A stretch of 64,000 bases of DNA from Mobula hypostoma. Lineage: Eukaryota. Of this stretch, positions 26,785 to 37,604 are shown in pieces (position 1 is the first letter of the stretch; every line of letters begins with the position of its first letter). Under the pieces are notes generated by a model. It had not been told where the DNA came from, did no database searches, and saw only the letters and a list, made by a program, of their open reading frames with translations. The translations under genes and the position numbers were made by a program. The DNA is taken from NCBI RefSeq assembly GCF_963921235.1, contig NC_086097.1, positions 161,140,001 through 161,204,000 on the forward strand, written 5' to 3'.

Positions 26785-27600
26785 TCCATAAGACCATAAG
26801 ACAAAGGAGCAGAAGTCAGCCATTTGAGGCATTCGAGTCTGTTCCGCCATTTTATCATGAGCTGATCCATTCTCCCATTTAGTCCCACTCCCCCTTCTTC
26901 TCACTATAACCTTTGATGCCCTGGCTACTCAGATACCTATCAATCTCTGCCTTAAATACACCCAATGACTTGGCCTCCACTGCCGCCCGTGGCAAAAGAT
27001 TCCACAGTTTCACTACCCTCTGGCTAAAAAAATTTCTTCGCATTTCTGTTCTGAATGGGCGCCCTTCAATCCTTAAGTCATGCCCTCTCACCCTAGACTC
27101 CCCCACCATGGGAAACAACTTTGCCACATCCATTCTGTCAATGCCTTTCAACATACAAAATGTTTCCATGAGGTCCCCCCTCATTCTTCTAAACTCCAAG
27201 GAGTACAGTCCAAGAGCGGTCAAATGTTCCTCATATGTTAACCCTCTCATTCCCGGAATCATTCTAGTGAATCTTCTCTGAACCCTCTCCAGCATCAGCA
27301 CATCCTTTCTTAAATAAGGAGCCCAAAACTGCACACAGTACTCCAAATGAGGTCTTACCAGTGCCTAATAGAGCCTCAACATCACATCCCTGCTCCTATA
27401 CTCTATTCCTTTAAAAATGAATGCCAACATTGCATTCGCCTTCTTCACCACCAATTTAACCTGGAGGTTAATCTTAAGGGTATCCTGCATGAGGACTCCC
27501 AAGTCCCGTTGCATCTCAGAACTTTGAATCTCTCCCCACTTAAATAATACTGCCTGTTTATTTATTCTACCAAAGTGCATAACCATACACTTTCCAACAT
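26785..27600 (-). mobile_element. CR1 LINE ORF2 3' end, relatively young
   Basis: Reads EYCVQFWAPYLRKDVLMLERVQRRFTRMIPG...RRNFFSQRVVKLWNLLP, with a short tandem tail (cttatggt)x2. Confidence 0.92.
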
Positions 27601-27699
27601 TACTAAAAATAAAACTGGGCAATAAAAGCTTGGAAATTATTGGCTCAAAAATGTTGGACATTCAGAATTCAGAACATTCCTCATACTGGGGGAGGGGAA

Positions 27700-27918
27700 C
27701 ATTGACTCAGACCATGAGAGGCCTGCGCCAGGCATTTTCTTGCCTTACAAGGCGCAGATTGGAAGTCTGTGTGGGGCGCCACTCCTCGCACAGACTAGAG
27801 CAATGAGTGATTAAGTGCCTTGCTCAAGGGCACAAACACGCTGCCACAGCTGAGGCTCGAACTAGTGACCTTGAGGTAACTAGACTAACTCCTTAACCAC
27901 TTGGCCACGTGCCCAACA
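27700..27918 (-). mobile_element. tRNA-derived SINE with CORE-like domain
   Basis: Minus strand: A box TGGCCAAGTGG, B box GTTCGAGCC, then gtgcccttgagcaaggcacttaatc, which resembles the CORE motif ccttgggcaagtcacttaac. Confidence 0.75.
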
Positions 27919-29647
27919 ATTGGCCTTGGTCCTAATTATCCTGTGCATCTCCATCAACAGCTTGCGATGACGAAAATTTTAATTTCAGAACTTTATACGG
28001 CCAATAACAGCCCTGAATATCAAGCTAGTCCACTGAGAGAGACATGACCAGCAGAGTGATAGGAATGTTCAGAGGGGGGATATGGATAATCAGCAGAAGA
28101 GTCAATAAAAGACATAGTCTTTGTCATAATGATTGGGTCAAGAACAGCATTATATTTACAAAATTAGTGTCGAGAAAGGGTTTCCAATCAAAGTTTTAAA
28201 GATGACATTATAGATTAACAAAGCAATTAAAACAAGGAATTTCAGACTTGGTAAATTGGTTGAGGTTTAACTCATGAACATATGAGCTTGAGACCATGTA
28301 GGTGAAAGTGACCGTGTACTGGGAAGTTAACACAGCTTGGGCTGTATGCAAGTGGTGTTCCCTCAGGAGAACTGGTTTAACATTTCAATTGTAACATGTA
28401 TTTAGAAGTTTAACTGAGTGGTTCCTGGATTCCCACACTTTCTGTTACTCAACACTGAAGCTGCAAGTACCGTAGCATTGGAGGGCGCTGAAGATCATGA
28501 TAGGCAAAGCTGTCAGTAGGTCCAAAACCCCATAGATGTTCAATAGGATGTTTTTCTAAAAGGTTTTGCTCAGAAGATGGGTGGTGAATAGAACCTTGCA
28601 ATCTTGGAGCTCAGTCCATAAACTTTGCAGATTTGTTTCCAAGCTTTGGAATAATTACATGTGAATTGAATGTTCTAGCTTTTAGTAGATGCATAAGTAT
28701 TATGCTTACATTGCATTAGCAACAGAAACAGTCTGAGTGGTAGGAAGAGTAGCAGACTCATATAAGCCTGCCTACTTCTGCTCATTTTGGAGAGGATGAG
28801 TAGAGAGGTGTACCACTCGGTAAGGCAAGGGTGATACAAGAAAGAGTGGAACTTCCACATCATGTCTGAGCTTGAGGCTCATGCGTTCGGTGTCAGAAGA
28901 CATTTGCAGCTTACAGGAACTAATTAAGTTGTTTATTGAATCTGGTGGCCACACTTTAACCGTAAAGGCCAATTGCATCACTATCAACCTCCTAAACTTT
29001 TCTCCTGGGAATCTACTAGGGGTTATTTGGAGACACTTGTAAAATATCTCCACCAAGGGCATACAAAATGTATAGGAGAGATGATAATACTCCAATCTTC
29101 CTACCTCTAATAGTCTTGCATTCAGATATACAATCCCTCCTTTGTACATAAACTAGCCTCCCCTCCACTAACTCAATCTACAATTCTCAGTATCTCAGGA
29201 AAGCTGATAACGTATTCAAGAACCTCATCTACCCCAGTCAGTCTCTCTTCTTCCCTTTCCAGGCAAGCTAAAGGTACAAAAGCTACAGAGCACTTATTAC
29301 CATGTTAAAGGACTGTTTATATCTCACTGTTATCAGATTCCTAAACAAACTTCTCATAGAAGATGAATTCTTGATTGCCCTGTCTACCTTCTTGTTACCC
29401 CTGCACTTTATTTGTCCATCTGCAGTGCACTTTCTCTGTCACTACAATACCATGTTTGCTGTTCTGTTTTCATTTTACAGTAATAAATCAATAATATAAA
29501 CCAATAACACCTCACAACAGTCTGACTTTTCCTGATAAACATCTGCCTCAGTTCCAATTTTGTTCTTGTACCTTAATTTTTTTCCCGCAGTACCTCCAGT
29601 TTTATTCTCTCTAAGGCATGCTGGTAGATTAATTGGTTACTATAAAT

Positions 29648-31286
29648 CAGTGGCTCCCAGAATGGGGCAGTGGAAGTTTCTAAGGGAATGATACAGATAA
29701 AGGGAACAGTGGATGGCATCTGGAGCAAAGGGGGCAGCTGAGGGAATTACAGATTAATTTAAGAAATAGATTACTTATTATAAGCATCTGATCCTCAGAA
29801 TCTGAAAACACTTCAAAACATGTTTGCAAGCTCTTCACAACAAAACAGTGATGGTTTGTGTGCTTCTTGCAACATTTCATTGCTCATTGCTAAATCTGGA
29901 AAGCCCCATACAATTGTAGCAGAACTGATTTTGCCAGCAGTAAGGGAGATTCTGAGTATGATTTTGCATAAGTCACCAGCCCAAATAATTAAAGGGATTC
30001 AGCTCAGCGACAGCTCTGGTCAAATACGAATATATGAAACATCTGAGTATGTGGAAAACACGTTCTTCAACATACTTAGGCCAACAAAATTTGCTGTGCA
30101 GTTAGATGAGTCAACATTGCCAGGCAACGAATCTTTCTTTCTTGGTTATGTTTGCTTCATAAAAGATGAAAGTGTGGTTCAAAAGTTGTTATTTGCAAGG
30201 AGACAAGAAACAGATACCAAGAGGGAGTCAATATTTCAGGTTGCTGAGCAATTTTTCAAAGAGAAGGACATTTCACTGACAAACATTCTTACTTGTACAA
30301 CGGATGGGGCACCATGTATGATACTCCTTATTTGTCTGAATTATTTGTAAAGTTTAATGAAATCAGTCTTCAATTGCAATGAAATGAAGTGAATCTTGTC
30401 ACAGTCAAATCAGTCATCATCACTTTTCTGTCCAAGTTAGTTCTATTTAACTGCAACATTGGCCATCGTGACCTTTTCCAATTTCTGAGCCTATTCGGGT
30501 TGGAAGAGAAAGAAAGAATACCAGATGATGATCTTCAAGTGTACTGTGCACATCTGGAGGAGCTGCATAAAGACATGTCAGAGAGATTTCAGGACCTTCT
30601 CTCAATCCAAATTCCAGATTGGATAATAAATCTATTTCTGAATACTTGTAATGAAGAATTAACAGGAAGGATGGAGAAAGAACTGATTTTACTACAAAAT
30701 GACTTTGAGTTGAAGCCGAGGTTCAGATCAAGGCTTGGTTGCAGAAAGAAATCTTGAGTGCTATCCTGCAATGTGAAACAAAGTCAAGATATTCTTTATT
30801 ATGCCTTTCCAATATCATGTTTAGTGGAGAGCGGTTTCAGTGCAGTTACCCAACTTCTTTCAAAGCAATGAAACAGACTGCTAATTACTGAGCATGGGGA
30901 CCTGGGACTCCTTCTGAGTGACACTCGGCCTGATGTTGAGAAGCAGATATCGCTGCACCAAGCCCATACATCTCATTCAAAGGTGAAAAAGCAATGAAGT
31001 AGTGAATCGTTGGATTATTAATGTACATTCTAAAATTGTTGATGAAAATTGCTTTTACTGTAATTAAATAAAGAAATGATTTTTTTTGTAGCTTTAAATA
31101 GATTTGAATGATTTTTGAAATTATTTGTTATTGCTTTGAATTTTCAGCTCCTATTGTCTTTCAGTATGCATCGTAAATGAAAATTCTTCATAGTTTTTAC
31201 GTAATGGCCAGAAAGGCAGAAGGTGATGTTGAGCCACTTTCTCGGACCCATAGGGATGGTAACCCAAAAAAGTTTGGGAACCACTG
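29648..31286 (+). mobile_element. hAT DNA transposon, Buster/Charlie clade (ZBED5/SCAND3-like transposase), internally deleted and inactive
   Basis: TIRs CAGTGGCTCCCA...TGGGAACCACTG. Transposase motifs IAKSGKPHTI..ELILPA, FAVQLDEST, TTDGAPCM and C-terminal FPISCLVESGFS. Stops and a central deletion are present. Confidence 0.92.
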
Positions 31287-34200
31287 CAAATGAACCTCAG
31301 TGTAGGTGATGACAAAAAAACTAAAGGGGATTTGATGGTCATATGAAAGCGAATAAGTGGCGGAACAGCAAGGGAAAAGAGAGCAGGAATTGGACTAATG
31401 GGATTTCTCCACTGGGAGCCAACATGTAGTAATGGGCTGAATAGTCTCCTCTGCTACAATAAATCTGATAAATGTATTAATTAATTTCCCCTCACAATTT
31501 ATCTTTCTGATCACTTACTCTAAGCTTGTCTCCGGCATTGAAGTTTTCCCAATAAATATGACTGATCAATATTTTTGACAAATATATTTCAGCTTATCTC
31601 CCAAATTCCATTTATCTTTTCCCAATTCATCTCATTTACTTTTCAAACAAAACATTCAGTTAAACCTAGAATTTGGTTTTCTAATTGTGTAGCTATTTCA
31701 GTAAGACGAGACCAAGAATGTGAAATACAGATGATAACCAAGAATGTTTTGACTTCCATAATTTAGTGCTGTCATACTTTTATAACTATGTCCATTTTCT
31801 TGTACAAAAGGTGAAGCTGACATTAAGATGCATCTTTTTAAGGAGAGAAAATCAAGTCTTTCTTTTATATACACATATCACAACTTGAGGAATCACTGTT
31901 ATAATGTACAAAATGCAGCAACCAATTTGCTCACTGCTGTATCTAGCAAACCAATAGTCCAATAAACTGTTGGCTGCAATATTGAGGAGTGTGACAGAAT
32001 GGTGGATGGGTAGTTTGCTCCTTCTGCTGTTCACAGAGATTTCTGTGCGCTCATGATAAATGGATGCAAGGAGCTCGCTATCCTCCTAAATGCTCTTTCA
32101 TTGCTTTGATCAGCCATGTGGCAGGGATTCCCAAGATTCAGTAATGATGGTGCATGCTTTTAAGTTAGCTTAGCGCACAATCCTGAATCTGTTCCTCTAC
32201 CTGGAATTTCTTCCCTTGACAATACTTGGAACAGAATATTGTTAGCAGAGGCAGGCCTGGCCTGACACTGGAGCTGAGAGTGTGTCTCTGAGACTGCTGG
32301 AAGCTGTAATCTGGGAGAGGACACTCGCATAGAATATAGAATAATACAGCATTGTACAGGCCCTTTGGCCCACAAACTTGTGCCAACATATTAACCTTCT
32401 CCAAGATCAATCCAACCATTCCCTCCCACATAGCCCTCCATTTTTCTTTCATGCATGTGCCTATCTAAAAGTCTCTTAAATGTCCGTAATCTACCTGCCT
32501 CTATCACCACCCCAGACAGTGGTTCCTTCATCTTTCCAGTGAATTTGAAGAGTCAAGGGGAACTGCTATCGCTCAAGTGCCTTGAGGTATCTGTTGTATT
32601 TAAACAATGGGTCTATTATCTCTACAGCCATCTCTTTTAAAGCCTTTGAGTGTAGGCCGTTGGGCCCAAGCAATATATTCACCACTGTGAGTTTTAATAA
32701 CAGTTTATCCCTAATGATTGGGAGTTTTTGCAAGATCTTCCATTTTACTTGGAATTAGTCTATCTGTTTTTAGTTTTCAGATATTTTCAGTTTTGAAAAT
32801 TCCTCAAACACAAATGGGTTAATTTTCCATGAGCTGAAAGGAATCTTGGACATTTTAGCTCCACAGAGGTACTTAGATTCTCTAAATCAAAAGGATTCCA
32901 ACACGTCAGGAACTATGACTTAATGAACATCTGAGATGTGATAACACAGTATTTCATGCAACAGAATCAAAAATATTAACAATTTGCAAAGATATTTGAA
33001 TAATGCTCTGGGGGCCACTGCTTAAATTTACATTATAGTTCTAGAGAAATATTTAGAACAAGATCCAAATATAAGGAAATACAAATAGTAAATTATTTCA
33101 ATTTCTATTACCTATTTTCTACATTTTAGTAGTGACTTTTCTTCTAACATATTTCATTGGTACTAAATTGCTTCAGGGCCTAAAAAGTTTGTAAAACAAT
33201 CTAGTTCCCCTCATCATCTGGATTGAGCTAGACTGCTTCATATCTTAGCATTTTATGTGGAACTAGAGTCACCATCAAGTTGAAACCATTATTCCCTACT
33301 TTTACAAACTTACATGCCCTTCTCTCTAATCAGAAGAAATAGAAGGTGTAATGTTCACTCCTAGAGTCCACTTTTCCAATGACAGCACCTATCCTTTATA
33401 AACCAGATTATCCAGATGTTTGCTCTTTTACAGCACTGTTTTTCTCAGCATCACCCTTATCTTTACTGATGCTATTCTGAGAGTTAGACTCTCTGATAAT
33501 CTTGGATATTTTACACTGTAACTTTTCCAGACTAACCTTGGACTTGTAATCCCGGGCTTTTGAACAACCCTGCTGCCTTTGCTCGAACGTTAGAGGCTGT
33601 GTATTCAACTGCACATAATCCATGCTCTGAAATCTCTTCATCACATTTCTCTCCACAGCCCTGTCCTCTTTTAAAGTGCAGCTTTAAAACAATCTTTCCT
33701 TTGATTACAATTCTCAACACTTTATTTCTTTTATTGTACTACTTTGAAGTACCGTTAATTATTCTTCTGCATTAGAGGCACTACATCAGTGCAAGTTTAT
33801 TGTCTGTTTAAAATAAGAGCTAATAAGTTGAACGTCATTGTTTGTTGGCTGTAATGATACAGTATGTTGTCCAACTGAATTAGTACAGCGGTCCCAATTC
33901 TCCCAGTTTGGATTATTTTTCCTTGTCAAGTGTTTTCCCAGTTTTTAAATACATATTTTGGAATAGTTAAGTTGCTACCAAGACCCAAAGGAAGATTGCG
34001 TACAATTATAGTATCATTGGATTCTCTCAAGGGGCAGACGAACAAATTCTCTCAGTTTTGCTGAACTTCACAAAATTATTGGCAAAAAACTGATGACATA
34101 AAAAAGGACTTGAAGTACATTGCTGAGAAGGTCAATAAGACACTGTTGAAATGAAATGCATTATAGATAAACCTTACTTGGCCAAAGAGAAAAGATTTGG

Positions 34201-34703
34201 AAGATCTTTGACATTAGTCAGGGCAATATGTCTATCCTATTGTCTAGTTAATTTATTTTGCAGTCATGTCATTTCTCTATGCAGTAAAATAAGATGATAA
34301 AATGCTACCTGTGTTAAAGAAGATTGGGTTTTTAAGTGCCTGAGAAGAATTTTTGGACAATGACCTACACTGGCACTCAACCAAACATGTTGTCTCTTCC
34401 AGAATGGCCTCAGTACTGTAGCACATCAGTGTTTGAGAATTTTTGTATGTAATAAATGCATAAATCCATGGCTTTCTGTCCTCTTCTATCAGATTCTCTC
34501 TTCTCCAGCCTTGTATTCCTTTCACCTATCAGCTTCCCAGAAATGACACTGGGAGAGAAACTGCTTCTCAATTTAGTATTTCTCAGATGTGAAATCCTAC
34601 TTCTGTACTGCACCAGAAGTAATTCTGACATCTCAAGTTATGCTAGCCCAGCAGCTAAGTTGCTTCAATGATATCCTGACTAAAGTAACTATGCAATTAA
34701 GTA

Positions 34704-35300
34704 TCACACATAAAGGTTGCTGGTGAACGCAGCAGGCCAGACAGCATCTCTAGGAGAGGTACAGTCGACAGTTCGGGCCGAGACCCTTCGTCAGAACCCT
34801 TCAGAGGCATTCCGTCTGGGTACCCTCCAACCTGATGGCATGAACATTAACTTCTCTGCTTCCGTTAGTGCCCCACCTCCCCCTCGTACCCCGTCCATTA
34901 TTTAATTTTATATATATATATTCTCTTTTTCTCTCTCTCCTTTTTCTCCCTCTGTCCCTCTCACTATAGGCCTTGCCCATCCTCTGGGCCTCCCCCCCCA
35001 CCTTTCTTTCTCCCTAGGCCTCCCGACCTATGATCCTCTCATATCCCTTTTGCCAATCAACTGTCCAGCTCTTGGCTCCATCTCTCCCCCTCCTGTCTTC
35101 TCCTATCATTTTGGATCTCCCCCTCCTCCTCCCACATTCAAATCTCTTACTAGCTCTTCTTTCAGTTAGTCCAGACGAAGGGTCTCAGCCTGAAACGTCG
35201 ACTGTACCTCTTCCTAGAGATGCTGCCTGGCCTGCTGTGTTCACCAGCAACTTTTATATGTGTTGCTTGAAATTCCAGCATCTGCAGATTTCCTCATGTT
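34704..35300 (+). mobile_element. 5'-truncated Penelope-like element with inverted 5' pLTR arm (same family as 4724-5333)
   Basis: FRLGTLQPDGMNINFS at about 34810-34858; the 3' region is homologous to the reverse complement of 4724-5160; inverted arm at 34704-34797; flanks tgcaattaagta (34692-34703) and tgcaattaaata (35301-35312). Confidence 0.85.
35168..35203 (+). ncRNA. Hammerhead motif with core mutation (CAGACGA instead of CTGACGA), probably inactive
   Basis: AGTC-CAGACGA-AGGGTCTCAGCCT-GAAAC-GTC-GACT. Confidence 0.55.
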
Positions 35301-36125
35301 TGCAATTAAATAAATCTGCAGTGCTATGCAGCTTTTTTGGAATGGTAACCAGAAATACAGACTTTTGCAAAAAAGAAACAAATGGTTTATTAATGTTCTT
35401 TAGAGGAGGAAACGGCCATCCTTATCTAAACGTCTCTATATGTTAATCCCCACTCACTGACTCCCAATTGTCCACTAGAAATCTACACAGTTATGAAGGA
35501 AATTAGAAATGGACAATAATTTCCAGCTTTGAATGTGAGGCCCTCATCCTGTTAATGAATAAATAATATAAACAACTATGGAATCAGGTACCAGCTATGT
35601 GATCAGAAGCCTGCTTGAAGTGATTGAAAAACAGAACAAATGACTTGCTGAGATTAGCAATTCAATACTTGCAAAGACCAGTTCCATCAGAATGTCTTGT
35701 TCTATTCTGTTCTGTTCATTTTTAAAGGATCTGATGGACTTTTTCTGTTTATCGTCTTTAAGAACTTACAAGACAAGATAAGGAACAAGCCAATCAACCT
35801 CCCAAGCCTTCCCTTTTATGTTTTATAGTTGTCTTGATTTGGAGTTTATGTTTTGTGCACTGACAAGACTGGTTAAAGGTCAGATGTTATATTTTCTGAG
35901 TTGACATTGAAATCCCCAAATAAAAAGAAAAGCAGATGTTACAACCAAGGAGGAGAGTGTAGAAGAAGCCTTTCAGCTTCAGTTGTAGAGTTCACCATTG
36001 TTCAAATTATTCATGAACCTTCAACCTTCACAGACCCCAGCAGAAGATATACACAATATGTCAATTTGTTAGTTTGTTGTGATATGCCCAGAACATCCCT
36101 GTGAAATACAACAACTAAGAAGAAA

Positions 36126-36662
36126 GGGTCTTCTCTACTGTCACAAGGAGGCCACACTCAGTATGGAGGAACAACACCTTATATTCCACTTGGGTAGCCT
36201 CCAACCTGACGGCATGAATATCACTCAAACTTCCAGTAATGCCCCCCACCGCCCCTTCATCAGTCCCCATTCCCATTACCTTCTCTCACCTTATCTCCTT
36301 ACCTGCCCACCACCTTCCTCTGGTGCTCCTGCCCTTGTCTTTCTTCCATAGCCTTCTGTCCTCTTCTGTCAGATTCTCTCTTCTCCAGCTTTGTATTTCT
36401 TTCACCTATCAACTTCCCAGCTCTTTACTTCATCCCAACCACCACCCTCCCGATTTCGCCTATCACCTTGTCTTTCTTCCTCCAACCACCCCCCCCCACC
36501 TTCTTACTCTGACTTCTTATATTTTTTTCCAGTCCTGATGAAGGGTCTCAGCCCAAATTGCCGACTGACTCTTTTCCATAGATGCTGCCTGGCCTGCTAA
36601 GTTCCTCCAGCATTTTGTATGTTGCTTGGATTTCCACCATCTGCAGATTTTCTCTTGTTTGT
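36126..36662 (+). mobile_element. Penelope-like element 3' fragment (second subfamily) with decayed hammerhead at 36530-36567
   Basis: Reads GLLYCHKEATLSMEEQHLIFHLGSLQPDGMNI, then a pyrimidine-rich UTR and cagtcctgatgaagggtctcagcccaaattgccgactg. Confidence 0.85.
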
Positions 36663-37399
36663 AAGAAGAAAGGGTTTTTTTGGATTTACTAGAAATGCTG
36701 AATTTCCATGTGTACATTGTACAAAGGGTTGTGTCGTTATTAACTGCCCTCTGTGTTGCAACCTGTAAAGAAAGGTCCAGAGGCAAACAATGAAGAATCC
36801 TTTCAAAAATTACAAAAACATTGAGCTCCTATGCCCTTTGCATATATGTCTTTTACAGGTTTGAACTTTATTGGAAGTTAAGAAAGCCACAGAGTACACA
36901 TGTTTTACACTGCCTATTATCAGCTCTCTACAACAGGAAGACTATCCATTCCTTGAAGATACTGTTCAGCATGACCACAGCTAGCAACTCCTTGACATCC
37001 ATTTCCTGACCACAGATGAGTTGGCATCCTGCACCATTTTGCATACTTTCCTTGCATTTAGAGCTCCAGCCACTACTTGGAGGCAAGGATTATCTCCTCA
37101 CAACCTGGATCTTAACTCATGTTAGGAACTTAAGCACCTGTCCATTGCCTAAGTACATCAATAACACTAAGGGGACAAACACAGCACAGGAATGAGTGAA
37201 TTACAGAAGCTATTACAATGACGACATTTGCTCGGGGGGTGGGGTTGCACAGTCTGCTACTACATGGTGGAAGAACTACTGATTACTATCACAAAACAAT
37301 TTTATACTTTATACTTTATTGTCGCCAAACAATTGATACCAGAATGTACAATCATCATAGCGATATTTGATTCTGTGCTTCCCGCTCCCTGGATTACAA

Positions 37400-37604
37400 A
37401 AACACACACACACAATGGTGGATGAACTCAAGTGGCCAGGCAGTATCTATGGAAAAGAGTAAACAGTCAACATTACAGGCCGAGACCTTTCATCAGGACC
37501 GAAACATCAATTGTTTACTCTTTTTCATAGATACTGCCTGGCCTACTGAGTTCCTCCAGCATTTTGTTTTGCTTTGACTTTGCTGCAGATTTTCTCTTGT
37601 TTGT
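37400..37604. mobile_element. ORF-less head-to-head Penelope pLTR hairpin
   Basis: ggccaggcagtatctatggaaaagagtaaacagtcaacatt...catcaggac is joined directly to cgaaacatcaattgtttactctttttcatagatactgcctggcc; the two arms are reverse-complementary around ~37500. Confidence 0.75.

Noticed and set aside
27840..27918. tRNA gene
   Set aside because: The A and B boxes run straight into a CORE-like SINE body and no full cloverleaf is evident, so it is a SINE head.
29820..30757. Domesticated ZBED5/SCAND3/ZMYM6-like host gene
   Set aside because: It has stops, a large internal deletion and retained TIRs, so it is a dead transposon copy.
33408..33720. Two overlapping minus-strand ORFs of 62-82 aa
   Set aside because: Both have non-ATG starts, no convincing splice sites and no recognisable domain.
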